From: Macrostomum hystrix
Lineage: Eukaryota; Animalia; Platyhelminthes
Assembly: GCA_950097015.1 (NCBI GenBank)
Contig: CATNEN010000038.1
Location: 1,984,001-2,048,000 of the forward strand
Length of the DNA: 64,000 nt
Reading direction: 5' to 3'
A program made the position numbers and the translations under genes. Each line of letters begins with the position of its first letter. Positions within the stretch are counted from its first letter, which is position 1. Below the pieces are notes generated by a model that ran no database searches, was not told the DNA's origin, and saw only the letters and a program-made list of their open reading frames with translations. Positions 37,218-51,243 of the stretch are shown in pieces.

Positions 37218-38310
37218 TGGATTGACAGAAATTTCAATGAGATTGACCGGAAAGACACGGTGAAAAAGACAGAAAATGCGATAAGATTGACAGAATAGTG
37301 AAAGTGAGATTGACAGAAAAGACAGTGCGATCGACAAACGAGCGTAAAAGACAGTGAGATTGACTAAATAATCTCAGTGAGATTGACAGATAAGACACAG
37401 GGAGATTGTGAGAGACGCAGGGAGATTGTCAGAATAGTGAAAGTGAGATTGACAGATAAGAAGACACAGGGAGATTGACAGATAAGACACTGTGAGATTG
37501 ACAGATAAGACACAGGGAGATTGACAGATAAGACACTGTGAGATTGACAGATAAGACACAGTGAGATTGTGAGAGACGCAGGGAGATTGTCAGAATAGTG
37601 AAAGTGAGATTGACAGATAAGACACAGGGAGATTGACAGATAAGACACAGGGAGATTGACAGACAAGACACAGTGAGATTGACAGATAAGACACAGGGAG
37701 ATTGAAAGATAAGACACAGTGAGATTGACAGATAAGACACAGGGAGATTGACAGATAAGACACAGTGAGATTGACAGATAAGACACAGTGAGATTGACAG
37801 ATAAGACACAGGGAGATTGACAGATAAGACACTGTGAGATTGACAGATAAGACACAGGGAGATTGACAGATAAGACACAGTGAGATTGACAGATAAGACA
37901 CAGTGAGATTGACAGATAAGACACAGGGAGATTGACAGATAAGACACTGTGAGATTGACAGATAAGACACAGGGAGATTGACAGATAAGACACAGGGAGA
38001 TTGTGAGAGACGCAGGGAGATTGTCAGAATAGTGAAAGTGAGATTGACAGCTAAGACACAGGGAGATTGACAGATAAGACACAGGGAGATTGACATAAGA
38101 CACAGGGAGATTGACAGATAAGACACTGTGAGATTGACAGATAAGACACAGGGAGATTGACAGATAAGACACAGGGAGATTGACAGATAAGACACTGTGA
38201 GATTGATAGCTAAGACACTGTGAGATTGACAGATAAGACACAGTGAGATTGACAGATAAGGCACAGGGAGATTGACTGTGAGACTGTGAGACTGTCACTG
38301 TGAGACTGAC
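37218..38310. repeat. 23-bp minisatellite (GAGATTGACAGATAAGACACAG[G/T]) with recurrent variant blocks
   Basis: Direct inspection; degenerate left edge. Confidence 0.95.
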
Positions 38311-38901
38311 TTAAGTGAACTCAAGAATCAACCATAAGAGAAGAGGCTGGATCGACTGCGCCAAAGGCCGGGCTGACAAGAGTGCATCAGCGAGAGCGCA
38401 AAGGAAACCTTGGCGACAAGCAGCAAATTGAAACCGCCAAACGGTCTCTCAGGCAGCCAGTGGCGCGTGGATGGCAAAGGACGAGGGCTAGGCTCGGGCG
38501 GCTTCCTAAAAGGTGCTCCATGAATTATTTATGAAGCTTTCGATTCTTTTCTTTTTCTTAGAAATAGCTCCAAGCCGTCCGACCGTGAAAAGATGAAGAG
38601 GCTTCCTGGGTCTCGACGCAGCGATCGCGCTGCTTCTATTTTTAGATTTTGCAACAGAGGCAGGTGAAAGAGCCAGAAAATGGGAATTTTGGCCCAACTG
38701 AGTGCTGCTTTACTGGCCAAACAACAAAAGAAAGAATTTCAGAGTGTGTGTGACCCTGCATAAGGCCCTCTCTCAGCCGTCCTTTACTGGGTCCCTTTTG
38801 TGTTCCTCTTTACCACAATTTTCGCATCAGTTCTCATGCTAAACTTGGGTTTTCCTAAAATTAGACCTCCAAATCGACGCAATTACAGCATTAACAAGCT
38901 G

Positions 38902-41900
38902 CGTTATCAGTTGTGACTGTGTTGGTTCTAGTACCCACGAGTGCATCTCCGTTATCAGTTGTGACTGTGTTGGTTCTAGTACCCACAAGTGCTTCTCCGT
39001 TATCAGTTGTGACTGTGTTGGTTCTAGTACCCACAAGTGCTTCTCCGTTATCAGTTGTGACTGTGATGGTTCTAGTACCCACAAGTGCATCTCCGTTATC
39101 AGTTGTGACTGTGATGGTTCCAGTACCCACAAGTGCATCTCCGTTATCAGTTGTGACTGTGTTGGTTCCAGTACCCACAAGTGCATCTCCGTTATCAGTT
39201 GTGACTGTTGGTTCTAGTACCCACAAGTGCTTCTCCGTTATCAGTTGTGACTGTGTTGGTTCTAGTACCCACAAGTGCTTCTCCGTTATCAGTTGTGACT
39301 GTTGGTTCTAGTACCCACAAGTGCTTCTCCGTTATCAGTTGTGACTGTTGGTTCTAGTACCCACAAGTGCATCTCCGTTATCAGTTGTGACTGTGTTGGT
39401 TCTAGTACCCACAAGTGCATCTCCGTTATCAGTTGTGACTGTGTTGGTTCTAGTACCCACAAGTGCTTCTCCGTTATCAGTTGTGACTGTGTTGGTTCTA
39501 GTACCCACAAGTGCTTCTCCGTTATCAGTTGTGACTGTTGGTTCTAGTACCCACAAGTGCTTCTCCGTTATCAGTTGTGACTGTTGGTTCTAGTACCCAC
39601 AAGTGCATCTCCGTTATCAGTTGTGACTGTTGGTTCTAGTACCCACAAGTGCATCTCCGTTATCAGTTGTGACTGTGTTGGTTCCAGTACCAACAAGTGC
39701 TTCTCCGTTATCAGTTGTGACTGTGTTGGTTCTAGTACCCACAAGTGCTTCTCCGTTATCAGTTGTGACTGTTGGTTCCAGTACCAACAAGTGCATCTCC
39801 ATTATCAGTTGTGATTGTGATGGTTCCAGTACCCACAAGTGCATCTCCGTTATCAGTTGTGATTGTGATGGTTCTAGTACCCACAAGTGCATCTCCGTTA
39901 TCAGTTGTGACTGTGATGGTTCTAGTACCCACGAGTGCATCTCCGTTATCAGTTGTGACTGTGTTGGTTCTAGTACCCACAAGTGCATCTCCGTTATCAG
40001 TTGTGACTGTGATGGTTCTAGTACCCACGAGTGCATCTCCGTTATCAGTTGTGACTGTGATGGTTCTAGTACCCACGAGTGCATCTCCGTTATCAGTTGT
40101 GACTGTGATGGTTCTAGTACCCACAAGTGCATCTCCGTTATCAGTTGTGACTGTGTTGGTTCCAGTACCAACAAGTGCTTCTCCGTTATCAGTTGTGACT
40201 GTGTTGGTTCTAGTACCCACAAGTGCTTCTCCGTTATCAGTTGTGACTGTTGGTTCCAGTACCAACAAGTGCATCTCCGTTATCAGTTGTGACTGTGTTG
40301 GTTCCAGTACCCACAAGTGCATCTCCGTTATCAGTTGTGACTGTGTTGGTTCTAGTACCAACAAGTGCTTCTCCGTTATCAGTTGTGACTGTGTTGGTTC
40401 CAGTACCAACAAGTGCATCTCCGTTATCAGTTGTGACTGTGTTGGTTCCAGTACCCACAAGTGCTTCTCCGTTATCAGTTGTGACTGTGTTGGTTCTAGT
40501 ACCCACAAGTGCTTCTCCGTTATCAGTTGTGATTGTGATGGTTCTAGTACCCACGAGTGCATCTCCGTTATCAGTTGTGATTGTGTTGGTTCTAGTACCC
40601 ACGAGTGCTTCTCCGTTATCAGTTGTGACTGTGTTGGTTCCAGTACCCACAAGTGCTTCTCCGTTATCAGTTGTGACTGTGTTGGTTCCAGTACCCACGA
40701 GTGCATCTCCGTTATCAGTTGTGACTGTGATGGTTCCAGTACCCACGAGTGCATCTCCGTTATCAGTTGTGACTGTGATGGTTCTAGTACCCACGAGTGC
40801 ATCTCCGTTATCAGTTGTGACTGTGATGGTTCTAGTACCCACAAGTGCTTCTCCGTTATCAGTTGTGACTGTGATGGTTCTAGTACCCACAAGTGCATCT
40901 CCGTTATCAGTTGTGACTGTGATGGTTCCAGTACCCACGAGTGCATCTCCGTTATCAGTTGTGACTGTGATGGTTCCAGTACCCACGAGTGCATCTCCGT
41001 TATCAGTTGTGACTGTGATGGTTCTAGTACCCACGAGTGCATCTCCGTTATCAGTTGTGACTGTGATGGTTCTAGTACCCACAAGTGCATCTCCGTTATC
41101 AGTTGTGACTGTGATGGTTCTAGTACCCACGAGTGCATCTCCGTTATCAGTTGTGATTGTGATGGTTCTAGTACCCACGAGTGCATCTCCGTTATCAGTT
41201 GTGACTGTGATGGTTCTAGTACCCACGAGTGCATCTCCGTTATCAGTTGTGACTGTGATGGTTCTAGTACCCACGAGTGCATCTCCGTTATCAGTTGTGA
41301 CTGTGATGGTTCTAGTACCCACGAGTGCATCTCCGTTATCAGTTGTGACTGTGATGGTTCTAGTACCCACGAGTGCATCTCCGTTATCAGTTGTGACTGT
41401 GATGGTTCTAGTACCCACGAGTGCATCTCCGTTATCAGTTGTGACTGTGATGGTTCTAGTACCCACGAGTGCATCTCCGTTATCAGTTGTGACTGTGATG
41501 GTTCTAGTACCCACGAGTGCATCTCCGTTATCAGTTGTGACTGTTGGTTCTAGTACCCACGAGTGCATCTCCGTTATCAGTTGTGATTGTGATGGTTCCA
41601 GTACCCACGAGTGCATCTCCGTTATCAGTTGTGACTGTGATGGTTCTAGTACCCACAAGTGCATCTCCGTTATCAGTTGTGACTGTGTTGGTTCCAGTAC
41701 CCACAAGTGCATCTCCGTTATCAGTTGTGATTGTGATGGTTCTAGTACCCACGAGTGCATCTCCGTTATCAGTTGTGACTGTGATGGTTCTAGTACCCAC
41801 AAGTGCATCTCCGTTATCAGTTGTGATTGTGATGGTTCTAGTACCCACGAGTGCATCTCCGTTATCAGTTGTGATTGTGTTGGTTCTAGTACCCACGAGT

Positions 41901-43485
41901 GCATCTCCGTTATCAGTTGTGACTGTGATGGTTCTAGCACCCACGAGTGCATCTCCGTTATCAGTTGTGACTGTGTTGGTTCCAGTACCAACAAGTGCAT
42001 CTCCGTTATCAGTTGTGATTGTGATGGTTCTAGTACCCACAAGTGCATCTCCGTTATCAGTTGTGATTGTGATGGTTCCAGTACCCACAAGTGCTTCTCC
42101 GTTATCAGTTGTGATTGTGATGGTTCTAGTACCCACGAGTGCATCTCCGTTATCAGTTGTGACTGTGATGGTTCTAGTACCCACGAGTGCATCTCCGTTA
42201 TCAGTTGTGACTGTGTTGGTTCCAGTACCAACAAGTGCATCTCCGTTATCAGTTGTGATTGTGATGGTTCTAGTACCCACAAGTGCATCTCCGTTATCAG
42301 TTGTGACTGTGTTGGTTCTAGTACCCACGAGTGCATCTCCGTTATCAGTTGTGACTGTGATGGTTCTAGTACCCACGAGTGCATCTCCGTTATCAGTTGT
42401 GACTGTGTTGGTTCTAGTACCCACAAGTGCATCTCCGTTATCAGTTGTGATTGTGATGGTTCCAGTACCCACAAGTGCTTCTCCGTTATCAGTTGTGATT
42501 GTGATGGTTCTAGTACCCACAAGTGCATCTCCGTTATCAGTTGTGACTGTGTTGGTTCTAGTACCCACAAGTGCTTCTCCGTTATCAGTTGTGATTGTGA
42601 TGGTTCCAGTACCCACAAGTGCTTCTCCGTTATCAGTTGTGATTGTGTTGGTTCTAGTACCCACAAGTGCTTCTCCGTTATCAGTTGTGATTGTGATGGT
42701 TCCAGTACCCACAAGTGCTTCTCCGTTATCAGTTGTGATTGTGATGGTTCCAGTACCCACAAGTGCATCTCCGTTATCAGTTGTGACTGTGATGGTTCTA
42801 GTACCCACAAGTGCATCTCCGTTATCAGTTGTGATTGTGATGGTTCTAGTACCCACAAGTGCATCTCCGTTATCAGTTGTGACTGTGATGGTTCTAGTAC
42901 CCACGAGTGCATCTCCGTTATCAGTTGTGACTGTGTTGGTTCTAGTACCCACAAGTGCATCTCCGTTATCAGTTGTGACTGTGATGGTTCTAGTACCCAC
43001 GAGTGCATCTCCGTTATCAGTTGTGACTGTGATGGTTCTAGTACCCACGAGTGCATCTCCGTTATCAGTTGTGACTGTGATGGTTCTAGTACCCACAAGT
43101 GCATCTCCGTTATCAGTTGTGACTGTGATGGTTCTAGTACCCACGAGTGCATCTCCGTTATCAGTTGTGACTGTGATGGTTCTAGTACCCACGAGTGCAT
43201 CTCCGTTATCAGTTGTGACTGTGATGGTTCTAGTACCCACAAGTGCATCTCCGTTATCAGTTGTGACTGTGATGGTTCTAGTACCCACGAGTGCATCTCC
43301 GTTATCAGTTGTGATTGTGATGGTTCCAGTACCCACAAGTGCATCTCCGTTATCAGTTGTGACTGTGATGGTTCTAGTACCCACGAGTGCATCTCCGTTA
43401 TCAGTTGTGATTGTGTTGGTTCCAGTACCAACAAGTGCATCTCCGTTATCAGTTGTGATTGTGATGGTTCCAGTACCAACAAGTC
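38902..43485. repeat. 48-bp (46-bp variant) satellite array, ~4.6 kb
   Basis: Unit GTTATCAGTTGTGACTGTG[A/T]TGGTTC[T/C]AGTACCCAC[A/G]AGTGC[A/T]TCTCC, about 96 copies. Confidence 0.98.
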
Positions 43486-43944
43486 CCATTCTCACTGGTT
43501 CTCATTCTCACAGTCACGGGTTCCAGCACCACATCAGGCTTAACGGCTTGTGGTCCTGTTGAGTTAGCCAGTGAGTTGGCCAGCCATAAATCGTGCCTCA
43601 TAAAAATTCGGTAACTTTAAGGCAGTCGCTGTTCATTCAGAAATCGAGAAGTCGTTCACTGCAGTAACTGTATAGTTTATGCTTTACGGAGGGAGCTCTG
43701 GCAAACTGAAATATATTGGTACGTTTGTCTGTACATGAATAGGCTAGAAAGCCCATGGGATATGCTTCGGGTTAAAAATTGGATAGGTTGAGTTTGGCGG
43801 ACCAAGAATGAGAGGCCGCCAGGCTACAGAATCTGTTAGTATTGGTCCTTCACTTTTGCGAGTGGATCGTCATTCAATCAACGAGTCGGTGGTAGATGCC
43901 TGAGTCATAGAAAACTTCGTTAACTTATCCTGGGTCGTATGAAG

Positions 43945-44452
43945 AATCGCAGCGAGAAAAAAAGCTGAATCTGTATCTAGACTCGAAGCTACAAGCAGAG
44001 TTTGTAGCGGGAATCGCAGCGAGAATCGTAGCTGGATCTATGTTTGGAATTTAAGCAAGAATTATAGCAAGATCTGTACCTGCAATCGCACTAAGAATCG
44101 TAGCAGACTCTGTGTTTAGAATCGCAGCAAGAATCGCAGCAAGAATCGTAGCAAGAATCGCAGCAAGAATCGTAGCAAGAATCGCATCAAGAATCGTAGC
44201 AAGAATCGCAGCAAGAATCGCAGCAAGAATCGTTGCAAGAATCGCAGCAACAATCGTAGCAAGAATCGTAGCAAGAATCGCAGCAAGAATCGTAGCAAGA
44301 ATCGCAGCAAGAATCGCAGCAAGAATCGTTGCAAGAATCGCAGCAACAATCGTAGCAAGAATCGTAGCAAGAATCGCAGCAAGAATCGTAGCAAGAATCG
44401 CAGCAAGAATCGCAGCAAGAATCGCAGCAATAATCGCAGCAAGAATCGCAGC
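43945..44452. repeat. 12-bp minisatellite (GCAAGAATCG[C/T]A), degenerate on the left
   Basis: Regular from 44118; 96-bp internal duplication. Confidence 0.93.
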
Positions 44453-44876
44453 GGAGATGTAAAAAAGCGCAGAATGTGCTTAGCCATGCAGTCGACCAGA
44501 ACTAATTACGCAGAGAGCATATTTCTACCTGGTATTCAGTTTGCCCTGTGGGCCATCGGACTGCAATAAACCGGACCCAAAGCGGCCAGACTGACAGAGT
44601 CATGGGGAAGCCCCGGTCGTAACTATAATGAGAGTTCCAATGGGGAATCGTAGGCGAGTTCAAATGCAGTCATGGGAACACACTAATACAATATTAGGAA
44701 AAGTGAGGTCAGCCAAGCAGGCGGCAGCTGCAGAGAGGAAAGCAATCAACTTTTAGTTGGGGAGCCGGGCACGGTTCAGAATGAGGTCGAGATGACGGTA
44801 GCCGATGATACAAAATCACAGACATAACTCGACTATTCAGCGAGAAAACTTAATTCGAATCTCTATGTAAGGGTTC

Positions 44877-45987
44877 TTTATTACTGAGTGGTGTCTTTGT
44901 TACTGAGGTGGTGTCTTTATTACTGAGGTGGTGTCTTTATTACTGAGGTGGTGTCTTTATTACTGAGGTGGTGTCTTTATTACTGAGGTGGTGTCTTTAT
45001 TACTGAGGTGGTGTCTTTATTACTGAGGTGGTGTCTTTATTACTGAGGTGGTGTCTTTATTACTGAGGTGGTGTCTTTATTACTGAGGTAGGTGGTGTCT
45101 TTGTAACTGAGGTGGTATCTTTATTACTGAGGTGGTGTCTTTGTTACTGAGGTGGTGTCTTTATTACTGAGGTGGTGTCTTTATTACTGAGGTAGGTGCT
45201 GTCTTTGTAACTGAGGTGGTATCTTTATTACTGAGGTGGTGTCTTTGTTACTGAGGTGGTGTCTTTATTACTGAGGTGGTGTCTTTATTACTGAGGTAGG
45301 TGCTGTCTTTGTAACTGAGGTGGTATCTTTATTACTGAGGTGGTGTCTTTGTTACTGACGTGGTGTCTTTATTACTGAGATTGTGTCTTTATTACTGAGA
45401 TGGTGTCTTTATTACTGAGGTGGTGTCTTTGTTACTGAGGTGGTGTCTTTGTTACTGAGGTGGTGTCTTTGTTACTGAGGTGGTGTCTTTATTACTGATG
45501 TGGTGCCTTTATTACTGAGGTGGTGTCTTTGTTACTGAGGTTGTATCTTTATTACTGAGGTGGTGTCTTTGTTACTGAGGTGGTGTCTTTATTACTGAGG
45601 TGGTGTCTTTATTACTGAGGTGGTGTCTTTATTACTGAGGTGGTGTCTTTGTTACTGAGGTGGTGTCTTTATTACTGAGGTAGGTGGTGTCTTTGTAACT
45701 GAGGTGGTATCTTTATTACTGAGGTGGTGTCTTTGTTACTGAGGTGGTGTCTTTATTACTGAGTTGGTGTCTTTGTTACTGACGTGGTGTCCTGATATCT
45801 GAGGTGGGTGTCCTTTATATCTTGGGTGGGTGTCCTGATTTCTGAGGTGGGTGTCCTGATATCTGAGGTGGGTGTCCTGATATCTGAGGTGGGTGTCCTG
45901 ATATCTGAGGTGGGTGTTTTTATATCTGAGGCGGGTGTCCCTCCTGATATCTGAGGTGGGTGTCCTGATATCTGAGGTTGGTGTCCT
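44877..45987. repeat. 20-bp minisatellite (TACTGAGGTGGTGTCTTTAT) grading into a 21-bp unit (CCTGATATCTGAGGTGGGTGT)
   Basis: Unit switch at ~45785. Confidence 0.95.
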
Positions 45988-46490
45988 ACCTCATTCTCGA
46001 AACGCACAAAAAACACGGCCTGAGTGTCCGTGAATTCGCAGGATGGACAAAAGCTGAATTAATAAGGTAATGAACTCAACGAGCTGCTTAGCTTAGAGAG
46101 AAAACTTTCCAAAAATAGAGTATTGAGTTTCATTGTCTAATTTTTGCTTGTCCTATTATTTTTTAAACAATGCCGAACTATTTTTAGTGTCAGGAACATT
46201 TACACCGAGAGCGGGGGGTAATTTTGAGCTGCCTCGCCGGTAGCTGGGGGTGGTTATTAGGCAATACAGGTGAGGCAAACAAGCTGCGTGGTGCAGCCAG
46301 TCAAGATTGCCAATTTATCGAATGCCGTTCGCATTGTTCGCAGCACAATGAGCCAACCCGACTGAGTCGGATGCGGGCATCAACCAGGCGAAATCTCCAA
46401 TTCTGGTCTGAAAAATAAGCACCGAACGTAGAAAACTAGCAATGGAACTTTTTCATTAGCGATCGATATTGGTTCTTATGTTCCCTAGTT

Positions 46491-47106
<616 letters not shown>

Positions 47107-48732
47107 TAGTCAGGCATGATTAACAAGTTCATTTGTTGCTGACAGACGCGGGCCGACTGTCAACCTGAGCGAGAAAGCTGGTTGGGAATATTTTAGCTTT
47201 TGCTGCTTTATGAATCAGAGAACAGAACTCAGTTGCAGGTGAATAAAGATTGCAATTTTTCAAAGGGTAGCGCAGCTGGATAGAGGACCAAAGTTTTGGG
47301 GAACGGAAAACCCTCGCTGTATGAATATGAAAGGAAAAACAACACGGAAAACTGTTTGGAAACTTCCCTTTCACTCTCTTCTCCTTCCCTTTCCCGCCAG
47401 TCTGTCTCTCTAGCCGCTGTTTCGACAAGTTTAGCCCTCGACCAAGGCCCTCCGACTCATCGATCGCAGCGCGGTTAGGTCGATGCCTCGCTGAGTAGGA
47501 TGAAACTGGCGCCCCCTGTGTGAGACCCTATACTCATCGACTCGCGCCTCCCGGTGACAGCGGGGATCGACTGTCTGCTCGGATCTCGGCAATGAAAACT
47601 CAGCCTACATAGGGATTATAATAACTGGTGGGGGAGCTACACTTGGCACATGCCAAACACCAGCTCCCATTGGCCGTTAATACTCGTACAGAAATGAAGC
47701 CTTAAAAAATAAACTACAGAGATGCAGAGTTCATTGCACGTCAGTCTAAACTGTTAAGTGCCACAGCCTGCCACCATATAGTCCGTATGCTCTAGCGCAT
47801 TTAGCCAAAGCCATGAAGCCAAAGTCCAAGGGGAGCGGCTGTTCAATGGGCTAAGGGAGAGTTCCTGCTATGAGGCAGGGTGCGAGTGAGTGTTGGGATA
47901 AATTTAGTTCATGGCTTTGTACACCAGAGTCAACTAAACCAAACGGGTGGAGAGCAGCCGTGACGAGCAATGGACGGACCAGACCCCTCGGCTCTTGTCA
48001 ATAAATTGACTGAGGGGGTATCGGCTTCAGACCGCGCACCCACGGCCAATGCTGAGCTTCTCTTACTCGCAACCTCACCGTTCTCTGCCTCTCCCCGCCC
48101 CACCCCTGCCCCAGTCCCAGCAAACCCTCCCCAACACTCCATAAGGGCGCGGCAGTAATCCCAGAAATGAAAAAAAGTTAAAGGCATCCCAGAAGCGGCA
48201 GGAATTAATGTTCAGCCTGGCCGACCGCTGCTGCCACTGCATTGGTCCGCTCTGGGCATTGGCGCACCTTGGCTTCCGCGGCTGTTACCGTGCCAGCAAC
48301 CCCGCAGCAACTGCCTGCAGCGCAAATTGGTCCTCCAGCCGGACCTGACACGCTTAACACCGTCCATTTGGCCCGTCGCAAATAGCCTTGGCTAGCAGTT
48401 GAAGGCACTATAGGACTATAGGAGCTAGGCAAAAAGTCTTTCAGGTCTTAAAATACCTTGCAAGCATCTAAAAATATCACCCAAGCGTTTTGCAATCTCC
48501 GCATTTGGAAGAGAGACCGCAAAATACATTGAGTTTGAAGCGATACGGTCGCAAGAGAAATGTTCAGGCCACCTGCTCAACGACTGCGACTGAAAGTTGC
48601 CGACAAGGCCTGAGCAAAGCTCAAAACCTTCTTTAGCATCCCTACATAATTCTACACTTCGCCGACCTTCAGTAAAAGAAGCCACTTCTGCTTTTTAAAA
48701 GAATCTCAAGGTCGTCAAACCTTTCGCTTGAA

Positions 48733-51193
48733 ATGGACGCCGGATTTGTTCTCAAACTAGGCCGGATATTTAAAACCCCATACGGCGGTCACGGAGTCGA
48801 CTTCATTGACCAGCTCAATTATCAGTTCACTGGAGGCATCATGATCATCTTCATTGGCATCATCGGCCTGCGACAGTATGTCGGTATGTGACCTAGCCAT
48901 GTGACACTTCTTATCTTTGCCACACCTGTGCCAATATGTCGGTAGGTGACCTAGCCATGTGACCCTTCTTATCTTTGCCACACCTGTGCCAATATGTCGG
49001 TAGGTGACCTAGCCATGTGACCCTTCTTATCTTTGCCACACCTGTGCCAATATGTCGGTAGGTGACCTAGCCATGTGACCCTTCTTATCTTTGCCACACC
49101 TGTGCCAATGTCGGTATGTGACCTAGCCATGTGACACTTCTTATCTTTGCCACACCTGTGCCAATATGTCGGTAGGTGACCTAGCCATGTGACCCTTCTT
49201 ATCTTTGCCACACCTGTGCCAATATGTCGGTAGGTGACCTAGCCATGTGACCCTTCTTATCTTTGCCACACCTGTGCCAATATGTCGGTAGGTGACCTAG
49301 CCATGTGACCCTTCTTATCTTTGCCACACCTGTGCGAGTGTCTCGTGAAATGACCCAATGAATTGACCCTTCTCTGCCTTCTATTACTATACTATAGAAG
49401 CTTCACGCCAGTAAATTTTATAGCGCAGAGGGTTACGCGAAGAAAATATTTATGGCTTGAGGTCGCCAACGTGTGACTCAGTGGCAAGTCTGTCTGCTCA
49501 CAGCTGCGGAACGTTTAACAGACAGCTGCAGAATATTCAACTGCTGAAGAATGCAGTACTCAAGATCTTCACTATAAGTATTAGGCACTATAGCTGTTTA
49601 AAAAATGCAATGTCTTAAAAATACTTAGTGCTTTTGATGGTAGAAAAAAACTTGAATTTACATTCAGTTAAAGCCTAAGATATTGTAGTGTGCTTCTACG
49701 CGTCAGTTCTTCTCGATAAGAATATTAACTATGGGTGACGATGAGGTGTGTCGATGATTTCTGTGAAACTCAGGATGACAGCAACAGTGACACTCAGGAT
49801 GACAGCAACAGTGACACTCAGGATGACAGCAACAGTGGCACTCAGGATGACAGCAACAGTGACACTCAGGATAACAGCAACAGTGACACTCAGGATGACA
49901 GCAGCAGTGACACTCAGGATAACAGCAACAGTGACACTCAGGATGACAGCAACAGTGACACTCAGGATGACAGCGACAGTGACACTCAGGATGACAGCGA
50001 CAGTGACACTCAGGATGACAGCGACAGTGACACTCAGGATGACAGGAACAGTGACACTCAGGATGACAGCAACAGTGACACTCAGGAGGACAGCAACAGT
50101 GACACTCAGGATGACAGCAACAGTGACACTCAGGATGACAGCGACAGTGACACTCAGGATGACAGCGACAGTGACACTCAGGATGACAGGAACAGTGACA
50201 CTCAGGATGACAGCAACAGTGACACTCAGGATGACAGCAACAGTGACACTCAGGATGACAGCAACAATGACACTCAGGATAACAGCAACAGTGACACTCA
50301 GGATGACAGCAACAGTGACACTCAGGATGACAGCGTCAGTGTGGTGTTATGATGGTGATGGTGCTCTCTGATGCGTCAATGATATCGAAAGTGCCGCTGA
50401 CTAAGTCATTGCAGTGAACTGCTGCGGAGAGAGGCGCAATTGGATTTGAAGTTCTGCTTGGGCAAAGCTAGGAGGGCTTTGCTTTGCTTGCTCCCGAGAG
50501 ACCAACTGGTCTCTTCTTCCCTCTTCCGACTGGGTCCTTTAAGAGCGCGCGGTGAGGAAGGAATGTTTATTTATGCCACTCCTGGGACAATATATCGAAC
50601 CGTTGGCCATCTCCGCCAGGCTAAAAATGTTTGTTGCTAAGGTCTGTCGCCTCCTCGCCCCCCATCCGAGTCCCCCCTAACCCTCGCGTCCGTGGGTATC
50701 GCATGAGGCTCTTGGACTGAAAACTCGAAGGTCGCACAAACTGACGACCGGACCGAATTGTCGGCGGCTACTCCGCGGCTTCGATTTTCTCCCACCAGTA
50801 GTTTCGAAAAAATTCTCTTTGCGCGCCTGAAAACTCATGGGACCCGCTCTGGGTGGGAGAAATGCAGCGACGAAAATTGCTACACAAAATTGGCAGGCTT
50901 TCGGAGACATTAAAAAAAGAATTCGAACAGCACTTGCGGCCCAGTCCGGGGCATGTCGGCTGGGGCACTTTTGTTCGAGAGCAGCTAATAATTGAGGCCG
51001 GGGTAGCGCGGGTCGCTTCAATTGACAAATGACATCTGTTGCGAGAGAATGCAGGCCAATTGGCAGTAATGAGATCCCGGAAACTGGGATGGGCATGGGA
51101 AGGGAAGTGACATTTTCGAACCGTGTTTAACAATCCCCTTCCCATTGCTAATCTGCCGGCCCCTCCTATTTCCTCATTCTCCTCTATCCTCTA

Positions 51194-51243
<50 letters not shown>

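Noticed and set aside
38839-43562. Very long ORFs (up to 1097 aa) on both strands
   Set aside because: Products of a 48-bp array. They are open in four frames at once and frameshifted by 46-bp units, with no unique domain or splice context.
49735-50352. Ser/Asp-rich ORF (TQDDSNSD)n resembling phosphophoryn or Sdr proteins
   Set aside because: A 24-bp array inside innexin intron 1. A unit length divisible by 3 explains the ORF, and there is no signal peptide.
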